Below are positions 8,924 through 19,165 of a DNA stretch of 64,000 bases, piece after piece; the first letter of the stretch is position 1; every line of letters starts with the position of its first letter. Where the stretch lies: positions 62,858 to 126,857 of the forward strand of contig CAYRMI010000002.1 in the NCBI GenBank assembly GCA_964425625.1, given 5' to 3'. A model generated the notes under the pieces. That model saw only the letters and a program-made list of their open reading frames with translations, did no database searches and was not told the DNA's origin. This DNA is from an uncultured Candidatus Saccharibacteria bacterium (GTDB lineage: Bacteria > Patescibacteriota > Minisyncoccia > Phycocordibacterales > UBA918). A program made the translations under genes and the position numbers.

Positions 8924-10192
8924 CTAACTTTGAGCGATTAGGGAAGTTAAAATTTCTTCCAAACTCCCAGATTCAGTAGTATTTAGAGCTAAGTTCTTTA
9001 AGACATATTGGCCGGTGGTTAATTCGGCGGATCCAGCCACGAGAGCAAAGGGAATGTTTCGGCTGGCAGCATCGGCGATTTTTTTACCTAGTTTTTTGGA
9101 GCCAATGTCAACGGCGGTTTTGATACCACGAGTGCGAAACTGACTAGCTAGTTTTAAACAATTTAGGTTGTCTTCTGGTTCAGCGGGAATAATACTTAGA
9201 GTTGGTGCAGTTTGCTTAACTGTATCTGGTAACAGGCGGTGAGTCTCCAAAAAATCTCGCATAGTGACATCGCCCATACCAAAGCCAACTCCAGCAATTT
9301 GTTCTCCGCCAAATAGGCTAGTTAAATTATCGTAACGTCCACCACCCAACAGAGCGCGGTTGTTTGCTGGGTCTGTGTCAACAATTTCAAAAATAGTGCC
9401 AGTGTAATAATCAAAACCTCGCGCAATGGTGCGATCTAGTTTTACGTTAGTAATACCAAGTTCTTTTAAACCAGCTACTACTTTGTTGGTGCCGGATTCT
9501 ACCTCTATGATTCCAATCACTTGTTCAACTAACTCAACTTGCTGGAGAATTTTTGCTAGTTCTGATCGGTATTCGGTAGGCGATATCTTTTTCTTACGAT
9601 CAGTTAGTCGTGTGATAGCCATTATTTTGCTTTCATCATTGACACCAATTTGGTGGTACATTTCTGCCATTTCAGCTCGGTCATTAAGTAGGACCTCAAA
9701 CATCTCTGGTGTTGCGCCAAAGTCTAGCAAGATTTGGTAAGCCAAAGCAATCATTTCCACATCAGCCGTATAGTCGCAGACTCCAAAAATATCGCAGTTG
9801 AGTTGCCAATGTTCGCGCAGACGTCCGCGCTGAGTGCGCTCATAACGGAAGAGGTTGGGAATAGAGTACCACCGAACTGGAAATTGCAGTTCACGTCGTC
9901 GATGAGCAATCATGCGGGCAACCGTCGGTGTCATCTCTGGCCTTAAGGTGACTTCTCGGTCGCCACGATCAATGAAGGTGTAGGTTTGTTCGTTGATTAT
10001 TTCTTCGTTAGCTGAGCCTTTACTTTTATATAGTTCAGAGGGTTCCAGGACTGAGGCATCGTAGCGTTCAAACCCAAAACTTTCGGCTGTTTTGCTCCAA
10101 TTTTTTGTGATATAGCGTTGTACTGCCATATCTTCTGGATAGAAATCTCTTACTCCTTTATAAGCTTCAGTTGAGAGTTTTTTGTCTGGCAT
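8924..10192 (-). CDS. hisS: Histidine--tRNA ligase.
   Basis: Class II aaRS motifs and HisRS-specific regions (GVRDFYPEDM, RYERTQRGRLREHWQ). The C-terminal anticodon-binding domain is present. The ATG start at 10190-10192 is chosen over the upstream TTG of the listed ORF. Confidence 0.9.
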   Translation of the reverse strand: MPDKKLSTEAYKGVRDFYPEDMAVQRYITKNWSKTAESFGFERYDASVLEPSELYKSKGSANEEIINEQTYTFIDRGDREVTLRPEMTPTVARMIAHRRRELQFPVRWYSIPNLFRYERTQRGRLREHWQLNCDIFGVCDYTADVEMIALAYQILLDFGATPEMFEVLLNDRAEMAEMYHQIGVNDESKIMAITRLTDRKKKISPTEYRSELAKILQQVELVEQVIGIIEVESGTNKVVAGLKELGITNVKLDRTIARGFDYYTGTIFEIVDTDPANNRALLGGGRYDNLTSLFGGEQIAGVGFGMGDVTMRDFLETHRLLPDTVKQTAPTLSIIPAEPEDNLNCLKLASQFRTRGIKTAVDIGSKKLGKKIADAASRNIPFALVAGSAELTTGQYVLKNLALNTTESGSLEEILTSLIAQS

Positions 10193-10235
10193 ATTAAAAA
10201 TGATTGTAGGTGAGTAGCTTTGGTAATGCAAGTGG

Positions 10236-10799
10236 TTAGAGGTTGAGGTGGCTCATCTGACCGATCTCCGTGAGACGCAGATCAGTAGCTTTTTGGATGT
10301 TAGCTTGGAGGCCTCTTGGGTCAGGGAGACCACTAGTGGTGAAATTTTCTTCAGTATTGCCGGAGGCGGTGTGGGCATGGAGAGTGCCGTAATTGAGAAA
10401 AGTAGGGATAATACCATTAATTACCACTTTTACATCCTGTAGACGTTCTAGCCTAAAGCTACTGACTTTGCGGTTAAAGAAATGGACTTGGTCAATGACG
10501 ATGATTCTTCGGTCAGTCACCAACCATAAATCTAAATAATAGTGGGTCCAAATCATAAAACCAATTAAGAGATTGAAGATTAACCAAATACACAGAACGA
10601 AGGCTAATAAATCTATATGTTCAGTGAGGATTATCATAACCTCTGGATTTTTTGGAATTAAGGCAAATAGTATGAGGGCAAAAATTGGTACTAGTATCAT
10701 AATCAAGCTACCAATTAATTCCGAAAAAATAACAAACCAGTGCTTACGAACAACTGACAAGATTTCTTCTCCCGGCTCTAGTTCAATTTTTTTTAGCAT
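10236..10799 (-). CDS. Membrane protein with bacterial PH domain (YdbS/YdbT-like).
   Basis: A cytoplasmic segment is followed by two TM helices and a PH-like beta-rich C-terminal domain. 187 aa. Confidence 0.45.
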   Translation of the reverse strand: MLKKIELEPGEEILSVVRKHWFVIFSELIGSLIMILVPIFALILFALIPKNPEVMIILTEHIDLLAFVLCIWLIFNLLIGFMIWTHYYLDLWLVTDRRIIVIDQVHFFNRKVSSFRLERLQDVKVVINGIIPTFLNYGTLHAHTASGNTEENFTTSGLPDPRGLQANIQKATDLRLTEIGQMSHLNL

Positions 10800-10807
10800 A
10801 AATATAA

Positions 10808-11047
10808 TTAAATATATAAAGTTAGTAGACTTAAAGCTAAAATGAGGGGTAAGGTAAGTGAAAAATAGAGGACAATGGTGATTTTAGTGACTTTATCATC
10901 CACGCTATATTCTTGCCAGTGATAATACAGCATGAAAGTGAAGACAGTGTAGGCTCCAATCACTGCATAAAAGCCGAGTAATAAAATTGCTTCAAGTGAT
11001 AAGTCGAAGTCGGCCAAGAGATTGCTAGTGAATTCGTCTGTAGACAT
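10808..11047 (-). CDS. Small membrane protein, hypothetical.
   Basis: 79 aa with two predicted TM helices. Co-directional with and adjacent to the PH-domain protein. Confidence 0.4.
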   Translation of the reverse strand: MSTDEFTSNLLADFDLSLEAILLLGFYAVIGAYTVFTFMLYYHWQEYSVDDKVTKITIVLYFSLTLPLILALSLLTLYI

Positions 11048-11051
11048 GTAT

Positions 11052-11786
11052 TTATTGTAGCACTAGTCTAGAAAAGCGTTCGGTACCATATTGGTCAACC
11101 TGGGTATGGACTAGGAAGTGGGATGAGGCTACCTCTACTATAGCTTTTGTCTGTTCCGGTTCGTGTTCCAACCAGAGTTCACCATTTAAAGAAAGATGGT
11201 CAGGAGCTTTAGTAATAATTTTACCTAATAAATCAAAGCCTTGTTGCTCTGCATAAAGAGCGAGAGCTGGTTCAAAGGCGACAACACTTAGTTCGGTTCG
11301 ATTAAGTTCTTTGTCTATATATGGTGGGTTGCTGATTATTAGATCATATTTCTGACCAGAAAGGTTTGCAAATAAATCACCACCCATAATGTTTATCCGC
11401 TCGGAAGTAATTTTGTTAGCCATACAGTTTTTTAGAATCGTGGCATGATGATTTTTATCAAGTTCACTGAAAGTTACCTGGGCTTGGGGATAGGTTTTTG
11501 CGAGAGCTACTCCAATACAGCCACTACCAGCGCAGAGGTCAAGAATATTATGGGGTGTACGATGGTCTTTGGCGTAGGTATTAATTAGTTCATTTACCCA
11601 ATATTCAGTTTCCACTCGAGGGATTAAAGGATGTGAATCTAAATAGATAGTACAGCCCAAAAAGGGTTGGTTTAGAATCACGTACGCTAGTGGTTCGCCC
11701 GCCTTAAGTCGCTCACAGTCAAGCAAATAATTTTGGCTCCTTTTGCCTTGGTATTTATCTTTAAGTAGCCAGTCAAAATCGTTCAT
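11052..11786 (-). CDS. prmC: Release-factor glutamine N5-methyltransferase PrmC/HemK.
   Basis: SAM-binding motif LCAGSGCIG and the catalytic NPPY in ISNPPYIDKEL. The start is ambiguous between ATG 11784-11786 and GTG 11805-11807. Confidence 0.85.
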   Translation of the reverse strand: MNDFDWLLKDKYQGKRSQNYLLDCERLKAGEPLAYVILNQPFLGCTIYLDSHPLIPRVETEYWVNELINTYAKDHRTPHNILDLCAGSGCIGVALAKTYPQAQVTFSELDKNHHATILKNCMANKITSERINIMGGDLFANLSGQKYDLIISNPPYIDKELNRTELSVVAFEPALALYAEQQGFDLLGKIITKAPDHLSLNGELWLEHEPEQTKAIVEVASSHFLVHTQVDQYGTERFSRLVLQ

Positions 11787-11887
11787 GATTGTACTATTGC
11801 CGGACACTTGTTTTTTGTCAATGATAATTTAAGTTGCACACAGGTGTGATGAAGTTGGGAGAGTTTATTTGTTACACTAGAGTCAGT

Positions 11888-12916
11888 ATGAAAAAGAATA
11901 CCAAATTGTATGAGACAGTGGCTACTTTGATGGCACCAGGAAAGGGAATTTTGGCAGCTGATGAGAGTGATGCGACAGCGGGGAAAAGACTGGCGATGGT
12001 GCATTTACCAAATGACTCTGAGAATCGACAGGATTTTCGAGAGCTGTTGTTTACCGCACCGGGCATAGAAGAATATTTATCAGGTGTAATTTTGTATGAT
12101 TCTACACTACGTAGCTTTACTGACGAAGGTATCCCATTTCCTGATGTACTAACAGCTAAAGGGATTGTACCTGGTATTAAAGTTGACTTAGGAACGGTTG
12201 ATGTTCCTGGCTTTAAGGGAGAAGTGGTTACACAGGGGCTAGATAGTCTGGCTGAGCGCTTTGCCGAGTACTATGACTATGGTGCTCGCTTTGCTAAGTG
12301 GAGAGCAGTCATTACGATTGATGACGAGGATACACCAACTGATGCCATATTGACTATGAACGCGATGATGTTGACTCGTTACGCTCAGATTGCTCAAGCG
12401 GCTGGTATCGTACCGATTGTTGAACCAGAAGTAATATACGCTGGTGATCATTCTTTGGTTAAAGCCGAACAGGTTACTACTCGGACCTTGCAGATTTTAT
12501 TTCAGACTCTAATGAACTACAAAGTCGACTTAGAGGCATTGATTCTGAAATCCTCTATGGTTTTGGCGGGAGATATGTATACAGAACAATCGACTCCTGA
12601 ACAAATCGCCAACGCCACTTTGCGGTCTTTCCACATGGCTGTTCCGTATGAAGTGGGAGGGATTGTTTTCTTATCTGGAGGACAAACGCCTAAGCGTTCG
12701 ACTGAAAACCTCAATGCCATTGCCAAATTTGGCGAACAACCTTGGCCTATCACATTCTCGTATTCTAGAGCCATTGAGGAACCAGTCCTCTTAACTTGGC
12801 AAGGGAAGCCAGAAAATATAATTGAGGCTCAGCAGACCTTGCTTTATGTAGCAAAAATGAATAGTCTGGCCAGTTTGGGAAAGTATGATGGAGCGCTCGA
12901 TAAAAAACTTAAGTAG
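11888..12916 (+). CDS. fba: Fructose-bisphosphate aldolase, class I.
   Basis: ILAADESDATAGKRL class I signature and a Schiff-base lysine region. The start is taken at the internal ATG (MKKNTKLYE) rather than the upstream ATG at 11834. Confidence 0.9.
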   Translation: MKKNTKLYETVATLMAPGKGILAADESDATAGKRLAMVHLPNDSENRQDFRELLFTAPGIEEYLSGVILYDSTLRSFTDEGIPFPDVLTAKGIVPGIKVDLGTVDVPGFKGEVVTQGLDSLAERFAEYYDYGARFAKWRAVITIDDEDTPTDAILTMNAMMLTRYAQIAQAAGIVPIVEPEVIYAGDHSLVKAEQVTTRTLQILFQTLMNYKVDLEALILKSSMVLAGDMYTEQSTPEQIANATLRSFHMAVPYEVGGIVFLSGGQTPKRSTENLNAIAKFGEQPWPITFSYSRAIEEPVLLTWQGKPENIIEAQQTLLYVAKMNSLASLGKYDGALDKKLK

Positions 12917-12939
12917 TTAATGGCCAAAGAAGAAATAGT

Positions 12940-12967
12940 AAAAATCCACCCGCAGGTGGATTTTTAC
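12940..12967. terminator. Bidirectional terminator.
   Basis: ATCCACC-cgca-GGTGGAT hairpin flanked by AAAA and TTTTTAC, between fba (+) and rpmG (-). Confidence 0.75.
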
Positions 12968-13146
12968 TATTTCTTCTGCTTATAGACAGTATGCTTTTTG
13001 GCGACGGGGTTGAATTTTTTGGTTTCGTACTTCTTACTCGGGTCTTTTTTTGACTTGTTATTATAGCGGGTATAGTAAGTATGGCCTTTGCCCACGCCGT
13101 TTTTATCGCCGACTGAAACTAGCTTTATCAATAAATCCTGTGACAT
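12967..13146 (-). CDS. rpmG: 50S ribosomal protein L33.
   Basis: IKLVSVGDKNGVGKGHTYYTRYNNKSKKDPSKKYETKKFNPVAKKHTVYKQKK matches the L33 pattern. The start is set at the internal ATG (MSQDLL), giving about 59 aa. Confidence 0.8.
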   Translation of the reverse strand: MSQDLLIKLVSVGDKNGVGKGHTYYTRYNNKSKKDPSKKYETKKFNPVAKKHTVYKQKK

Positions 13147-13328
13147 AATGGGTTGAAGAATACCAAATCTAACGCCAAACGTCAAACTTTAACTGGTGAT
13201 GGATTGATTTTAAATTATGTACAGTAGTTTGGGGTTGATATCAACATTTAAGTAAGGATGTATACCCGGATACACGTGTTATCATAGTTATGCGCCATAG
13301 CCAAAAAAGCGCGTGATTTAGTACCTGC

Positions 13329-14552
13329 ATGAAAATTCTTACCTTTGGTTGGGACTTTCCACCGTCACGAAACGGTGGTCTTGGTGTAGCTTGCTTTGGA
13401 TTAACTCGAGAATTAGCAGAAAAAGGAGTAGAAGTTATCTTTGTTTTGCCCCGTACTCAGGACACTATTGGTAAGCCACGTTTCGTTTTTGCAGACACTA
13501 GTCGTACGGTTAAAGTTAGAACTGTCAAATCTTATCTTAAACCTTATCACGCAGCCGAAAGCTTAATTTATGCTCATGAAGGTTACGATAAAACTGGAAG
13601 GCCAATAATCAAAGCCCGCACCATCATGGAAGAAGCACATCGTTTTGCTCATCAGGCTTCGCTAATCGCGCAAGAAGAAGAATTCGATCTAATACACGCT
13701 CACGACTGGACATCTTATCTAGCAGGAGTAGCCGCTAAGCTAGCTAGCGGTAAGCCACTAATCTTGCATGTTCATGCCACTTCTTATGACCAAGCAGCCA
13801 GCGAAAATGTTGATCCAGGAATTTATAAAATTGAGTGCGAAGCCTTTGCCGTAGCTGACAAAATTGTGACGGTTAGTGCTTGGACTAAAGATATGATTGT
13901 CAGGAAACATGGGGTAGATCCAGCCAAAGTAGTAGTGGTGCATAATGGTTGTGATACTTTTGAACCACCAAGGCACGAACCCACATTGGCTGGTCTTAAG
14001 GCGCAAGGCAAGAAAGTAGTGCTTTATCATGGACGAATTACTATTCAGAAGGGTGTAGATTATTTTATTAAGGCCGCCCGCCGAGTCGTTGATGTAGACA
14101 AAAATGTCGTGTTTGTAATTTCTGGTTGGGGAGATATGACCAACCAAATTATTGCCCAAGTCGGTGCCATGGGTTTGTCACAGAATGTTATCTTTGCTGG
14201 CGCTCTTTGGGAAGAAGAGCGTGATCGTATGTATCAGAGCGCTGACCTCTTGGTCATGCCGTCTGTTTCTGAACCTTTTGGTCTGGTGCCACTGGAGGCT
14301 CTCCAGCATGGAGCGCCGTCTCTGATCTCTAAGCAGTCGGGGGTAGGGGAAGTCTTAACCCATGCCCTGAAGGTGGATTTTTGGGATACCGAAGAGATGG
14401 CCAATCAAATTCTGGCGGCTTTGCGTTATCCGGTAATGCGCCGACAAATCATAGAAGAAGGAAAGCGGGACTTAAACCGCATGTCCTGGAAGGAAGCGGC
14501 GCAAAAAATGTATCATCTTTACCGAACTCTGTTACAATATCTCACACCATAA
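13329..14552 (+). CDS. GT-B glycosyltransferase, glycogen/alpha-glucan synthase-like (GT4/GT5).
   Basis: N-terminal NGGLGV motif (analogous to K-x-GGL) and C-terminal EPFGLVPLEALQHG. It is followed directly by GH57 and GH15 genes. Confidence 0.7.
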   Translation: MKILTFGWDFPPSRNGGLGVACFGLTRELAEKGVEVIFVLPRTQDTIGKPRFVFADTSRTVKVRTVKSYLKPYHAAESLIYAHEGYDKTGRPIIKARTIMEEAHRFAHQASLIAQEEEFDLIHAHDWTSYLAGVAAKLASGKPLILHVHATSYDQAASENVDPGIYKIECEAFAVADKIVTVSAWTKDMIVRKHGVDPAKVVVVHNGCDTFEPPRHEPTLAGLKAQGKKVVLYHGRITIQKGVDYFIKAARRVVDVDKNVVFVISGWGDMTNQIIAQVGAMGLSQNVIFAGALWEEERDRMYQSADLLVMPSVSEPFGLVPLEALQHGAPSLISKQSGVGEVLTHALKVDFWDTEEMANQILAALRYPVMRRQIIEEGKRDLNRMSWKEAAQKMYHLYRTLLQYLTP

Positions 14553-14553
14553 T

Positions 14554-15954
14554 ATGCTTACTGTCTGTCCTTATTTCCACGTCCATCAACCATTTCGTAT
14601 CAAGAAGTATAGAGTCTTTGATATCGGTAATGATAACGAGTATTTTAATGATTCATCCGAAACCGATTTAAATAATCGACGCATCATCGATAAGGTGGCC
14701 AACAAATCCTATCGCCCGACTAATGCTATATTGCAGGAACTCTTAGACACTCATCCAGAATTTCGTTTCGCCTTGTCTTTTTCGGGCACCGTGCTGGATC
14801 AATTTGAAGCCTTTGCTCCTGATGTATTAGAATCATTCCAAAAGTTGGTGGCTAGTGGACGAGTGGAAATCTTGGCCGATACTTACCATCACTCTTTATC
14901 ATTCTTCTACTCTGTCCCAGAGTTTGAACGTCAAGTAAAACAACACAAAAAAAGAATCAAGCAGTTGTTTGGCGTTAAGCCACGAGTGTTTCGAAATACT
15001 GAACTGTCTTACCGCAATGATTTAGCCCATTGGTGCGAAGACAATGGCTATCTTGGTATCATGGCTGAAGGTTGGGATAAATACCTCGGGTGGCGCAGTC
15101 CAAACTTTCTTTATCATCCACCGGGAAGAAATAAGATTAAGGTTCTCCTAAAAAACTACAAGCTATCGGATGACGTCGCTTTTCGATTTGGTAACCAGGC
15201 CTGGGAGAGTTGGCCACTTTCGGCCGATACTTACGCCGGTTGGATTCATTCTCATCACGGTAATGGTCAGACTATAAATCTATTTATGGATTATGAGACC
15301 TTTGGTGAGCATCAATGGGAAGATACTGGTATTTTTAACTTCCTCCGTGCGTTACCTAGTATCTTAACCAAACATCCCGATACCTCATTTAAAACACCAA
15401 CCGAGACGGTGACTAGCTATGATGCTGTCGGAGAGATAGATGTCCCAGATGTTTTGACTTGGGCGGATACCGACCGAGATTTGACGGCTTGGACAGGTAA
15501 CGATATTCAGAGAGACGCTATCTCTGCTATTTATGGGATGGAAGAAAAAGTGCTGGGGACAAAAAATAAATCGTTAATTGAAACTTGGCGAAAGTTACAA
15601 ACTTCAGATCACTTTTATTACATGTGTACTAAGTGGTCTAATGATGGAGATGTGCATGCTTACTTCAGTCCCTACCAATCCCCATATGACGCATATATCG
15701 CTTTCATGAATGCCTTAAGTGATTTACAATTGAGGGTGAATCATGCGCTTCAAGTAGAGGAGGAGCGGGTGAGGTTGAAAGCTGAACAAAGTGAAAAAGT
15801 GGAGGAGGTAAATGAAGAGACTTTTATTGAGGAATCTGTCACCGTGATTGTAAAAGAAGAACCAAAAGCCTGGTGGCAAAGATTGTCTCATTGGAGTAAG
15901 CGAGTCTGGGGAAGTATTTCTGGGTCTTCGATCTTCAAAGTTCACAAAGATTAG
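14554..15954 (+). CDS. Glycoside hydrolase family 57 protein (alpha-glucan-acting).
   Basis: N-terminal CPYFHVHQPFR motif and the conserved GH57 catalytic-region pattern. Charged coiled-coil-like C-terminal tail. Its ATG overlaps the upstream stop by 1 nt. Confidence 0.7.
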   Translation: MLTVCPYFHVHQPFRIKKYRVFDIGNDNEYFNDSSETDLNNRRIIDKVANKSYRPTNAILQELLDTHPEFRFALSFSGTVLDQFEAFAPDVLESFQKLVASGRVEILADTYHHSLSFFYSVPEFERQVKQHKKRIKQLFGVKPRVFRNTELSYRNDLAHWCEDNGYLGIMAEGWDKYLGWRSPNFLYHPPGRNKIKVLLKNYKLSDDVAFRFGNQAWESWPLSADTYAGWIHSHHGNGQTINLFMDYETFGEHQWEDTGIFNFLRALPSILTKHPDTSFKTPTETVTSYDAVGEIDVPDVLTWADTDRDLTAWTGNDIQRDAISAIYGMEEKVLGTKNKSLIETWRKLQTSDHFYYMCTKWSNDGDVHAYFSPYQSPYDAYIAFMNALSDLQLRVNHALQVEEERVRLKAEQSEKVEEVNEETFIEESVTVIVKEEPKAWWQRLSHWSKRVWGSISGSSIFKVHKD

Positions 15955-15972
15955 TTCTTAATTTTTATATAT

Positions 15973-16347
15973 ATGCCAACAGCAGTAAAAAAAGTGGTTA
16001 CAAAAACTACTCCTAAAGTAGTAGCAAAAAAAGTAGCCGTTAAGCCAAAAAAGGTAGTGGCCAAAAAAGACGTAGCGGGTAAAAGCCTTGTGTATGCCGA
16101 TAGTGCAAAGTCTTTTTGGTTAAAAGATGGTCAGATCTTAAATAGTTTACAGGCCTTACATGATGCTTTAGTAAAAATGGATAAGGTAGTTTATGCTCAT
16201 CATGTCGGAAAAGGCAAAAATGACTTTGCAGAGTGGGTACAAGCAGTGCTTGGTGATAAGACCTGTGCGACTGATTTACGTAAAGCCAAATCAGCTGGTG
16301 GAGCCAAACTGGTGGTCGCCAAGTACTTAAAGGAATACCGACTATAA
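15973..16347 (+). CDS. Lysine-rich (AKK/VKK repeat) protein with an uncharacterised C-terminal domain.
   Basis: A histone H1-like basic N-terminal 40 aa is followed by a globular domain (KVVYAHHVGKGKNDFAEWV). It sits inside the alpha-glucan cluster. Confidence 0.45.
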   Translation: MPTAVKKVVTKTTPKVVAKKVAVKPKKVVAKKDVAGKSLVYADSAKSFWLKDGQILNSLQALHDALVKMDKVVYAHHVGKGKNDFAEWVQAVLGDKTCATDLRKAKSAGGAKLVVAKYLKEYRL

Positions 16348-16348
16348 T

Positions 16349-18322
16349 ATGGCTCGATCGGTCACGATTGGTAATGGCAGTCTATTGGTAGGCCTTGATT
16401 ATCGTGGTCAGGTGCGAGATTTGTATTACCCTTACGTTGGCGAGCCTAATCATGTTAGTGGTGCTAGTGGTAGTTTTGTTCATAGAATTGGCGTGTACGT
16501 CGATGGGGCGATTTCTTGGCTAGATGATCCGGAATGGCAGATTACCGTCGGTGCCGATGATCGTACCTCGGTCGGTAGCATGTTTGCCGTCAATCATCGG
16601 TTGGGTATTACCCTAGCTAGTAGAGATGCCGTTCATAACGAGCAGAATGTTTTTCTACGTGACTTCCACATCACTAATACCAAAGCTAGTGAGCGTGAAG
16701 TAAAATTATTTTTATCACAACAGTTTCGTATCGCTGAATCACGGCGAGGTGATACGGCTTTTTTTGATCCTCGGGTTAAGGCCATCATCCACTATAAAGG
16801 CAAGTACACTTTTTTGGTTAACGCTTTTGTTAATGGGAAGCAATTTGTCGACTACAATATTGGCTTATTTGGTATCGAAGGCAAGGAGGGAACTTATCTT
16901 GATGCGGTGGACGGCGTCCTCGAGCGCAATCCAATTGAACATGGGTCAGTGGATTCGGTGATTGGTCTAACGGCTGTACTGGGGCCAGAACAAGTGGCAC
17001 AAATGCAATATTGGGTGGTGTGTGGTGAATCGATTCCAGCGGTCCATACCCTTGATGCCTATGTTCTAGAAGAGCAGGCTAGCCGTTTAATTGCCGGAAC
17101 TGAATCATATTGGCAGGCTTGGTTGGAAAAAGAAGATCGGGATCTATCTTTATTACCAGCGTCTTTGCAAAGACTGTTTAACCGCTCGCTTATCACTATG
17201 CGCGTTCATGCCGATAATCAAGGCGGAATTATTGCTTCCAGTGATACCGACATGCTCCATCACGGTCGTGATACTTATAGTTATGTGTGGCCCCGCGATG
17301 GTGCAACGGTGGCTTTGGCGCTCGATACCGCTGGTTATCACGATGTCACCAAGCGCTTTTACTCTTTTGCTACTAAGTGTGCTGAGCCGGGTGGTTACCT
17401 TATGCACAAGTACCGGACTGATGGTGTCTTGGGTAGTTCTTGGCACCCATGGATGCAACATGGTAAACCGCGACTACCAATTCAGGAAGACGAGACAGCG
17501 GCCGTGGTTTTTATGCTTTGGCAACACTACGAAAAGTGTCGCGACTTAGAGTTTATTGAATCTCTTTATAATCCTTTTATCGAGCCAGCGGCCCGTTTTA
17601 TGTGTGATTACATTGAGTCAACTACTGGTCTACCCCAAGCTTCTTACGATTTATGGGAAGAAAAATATGGTACCTCTACTTACACGGCTTCGGCTGTCTA
17701 TGGTGGATTGATGGCCGCTTCACGTTTTGCTATGATGCTGGGCAAAGATGATGATGCTCGTACCTATCAGGCAGTGGCGCAAAGATTACAAGGGGCCATT
17801 CTCTCTCTCTTGTTTGATAATGAATTGGGTATGTTTGTGAAGCATGTACTCCATGATGAGGACGGTGAATTGACCTACGACCGCACAGTAGATACTAGTA
17901 GTTTTTATGGTCCGCTACTTTTTGGTGTGGTAGATGTGGATGACCCAATCATGACTAAAGCCAAGAAAACGGTCGATGAGCGGTTACAGGTGCAGGCTGA
18001 TAGTAAAGGTTATGTACGTTACGAAAATGATCGTTATTACCGTATGCAAGATGCTGGTTCACCGAATCCGTGGGTCATTACTACCCTTTGGATGGCTCAG
18101 TACTATATTGCAAAGGCTAAAGTCCTCAAGGATCTAAAACCAGCGATAGAACTTTTGGAATGGACTTGCTCGCATGCAACTTCGGGTGGTGTTTTGGCTG
18201 AGCAGATGCATCCTAATACCAGAGTTCACCTATCGACTTCACCATTAGTTTGGAGTCACGCGGAATACGTCCTAGCGGTAGAGGCTTATCTGACAAAAGC
18301 CAAAGAACTATCAACTAAGTAA
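16349..18322 (+). CDS. Glucoamylase/glucodextranase-like glycoside hydrolase family 15.
   Basis: N-terminal beta-sandwich plus an (alpha/alpha)6 domain with the WPRDG motif (YSYVWPRDGATVALAL). 657 aa. Start overlaps the upstream stop. Confidence 0.8.
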   Translation: MARSVTIGNGSLLVGLDYRGQVRDLYYPYVGEPNHVSGASGSFVHRIGVYVDGAISWLDDPEWQITVGADDRTSVGSMFAVNHRLGITLASRDAVHNEQNVFLRDFHITNTKASEREVKLFLSQQFRIAESRRGDTAFFDPRVKAIIHYKGKYTFLVNAFVNGKQFVDYNIGLFGIEGKEGTYLDAVDGVLERNPIEHGSVDSVIGLTAVLGPEQVAQMQYWVVCGESIPAVHTLDAYVLEEQASRLIAGTESYWQAWLEKEDRDLSLLPASLQRLFNRSLITMRVHADNQGGIIASSDTDMLHHGRDTYSYVWPRDGATVALALDTAGYHDVTKRFYSFATKCAEPGGYLMHKYRTDGVLGSSWHPWMQHGKPRLPIQEDETAAVVFMLWQHYEKCRDLEFIESLYNPFIEPAARFMCDYIESTTGLPQASYDLWEEKYGTSTYTASAVYGGLMAASRFAMMLGKDDDARTYQAVAQRLQGAILSLLFDNELGMFVKHVLHDEDGELTYDRTVDTSSFYGPLLFGVVDVDDPIMTKAKKTVDERLQVQADSKGYVRYENDRYYRMQDAGSPNPWVITTLWMAQYYIAKAKVLKDLKPAIELLEWTCSHATSGGVLAEQMHPNTRVHLSTSPLVWSHAEYVLAVEAYLTKAKELSTK

Positions 18323-18328
18323 TGATTA

Positions 18329-19165
18329 TTAAAATTTTTTGATCCAGGTTTGCTTTTCCTGAGAGAAGTGTCCGATCGTGGTACGGTGAATACTAAAAGC
18401 GAGACCAGTCGTGTCGACGGCTTGGGCTATTACTTCAGCCAGAGAGCGCATGTAGGTACCACTAGAGGCAGTACAAATAAATTTCCCCAGTGTAAATTCA
18501 TCTTGGGGTGAGCCAGTGTTTAAAAAAGTCTGCCAGGTAGCCAGAACGTCTGGTCGGCGAAAATCATTACCTAGCGCTTTTCGTGGATCGGTGACGGTTG
18601 GCAGAGAAGCGATTTTTTCGGTAGCACTTTTATATATTTGTGCCCTAGTCATGGTATCGAGGTCGGTTAGTTCTAGGTTGTAGACAGTTGACTCTTTGGT
18701 GGGTATCTCGATTTCATTTAAACGCCCCATAACAGCCCAAGTATGTAAGGGGACACCTTTGACTGTTCTAGATGAGAAGATTGGGTAAGGTAAACAAATC
18801 TGACCGGTAAGTTTGTCTAAGATACCTACGATAGTCTCTTTTTCAATGAGAGTTTTTTTATGCTCGGTAACTAAGCCCAGTACATCACCGGAGTCAGAGG
18901 AAATACCAAATAGAACTTCGAATTCATAGGTCTTATCTAGACCATGGTATTTTGCTTGCTGTTTACATTCATCACCAATCAAGACTAAGAGTTTGCCCGA
19001 GGCCATCGGATCGAGGCGACCAGCATAAGCTAGTGGTACGCCGGTTAAGTCAGGGCGGTTGGCTCGCCATTCCTCTAGTTTATCTAGCGGAGTCTCGCCC
19101 ACAGCTTTTTCAAGAATAATGTATTTTTCTTTTTTATTCATGTTTAAGTTAGCGTTCGTCTTCAT
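18329..19165 (-). CDS. truB: tRNA pseudouridine(55) synthase.
   Basis: AYAGRLDPMASGKLLV catalytic Asp motif and the LDKTYEFEVLFG region, both colinear with TruB. Confidence 0.75.
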   Translation of the reverse strand: MKTNANLNMNKKEKYIILEKAVGETPLDKLEEWRANRPDLTGVPLAYAGRLDPMASGKLLVLIGDECKQQAKYHGLDKTYEFEVLFGISSDSGDVLGLVTEHKKTLIEKETIVGILDKLTGQICLPYPIFSSRTVKGVPLHTWAVMGRLNEIEIPTKESTVYNLELTDLDTMTRAQIYKSATEKIASLPTVTDPRKALGNDFRRPDVLATWQTFLNTGSPQDEFTLGKFICTASSGTYMRSLAEVIAQAVDTTGLAFSIHRTTIGHFSQEKQTWIKKF

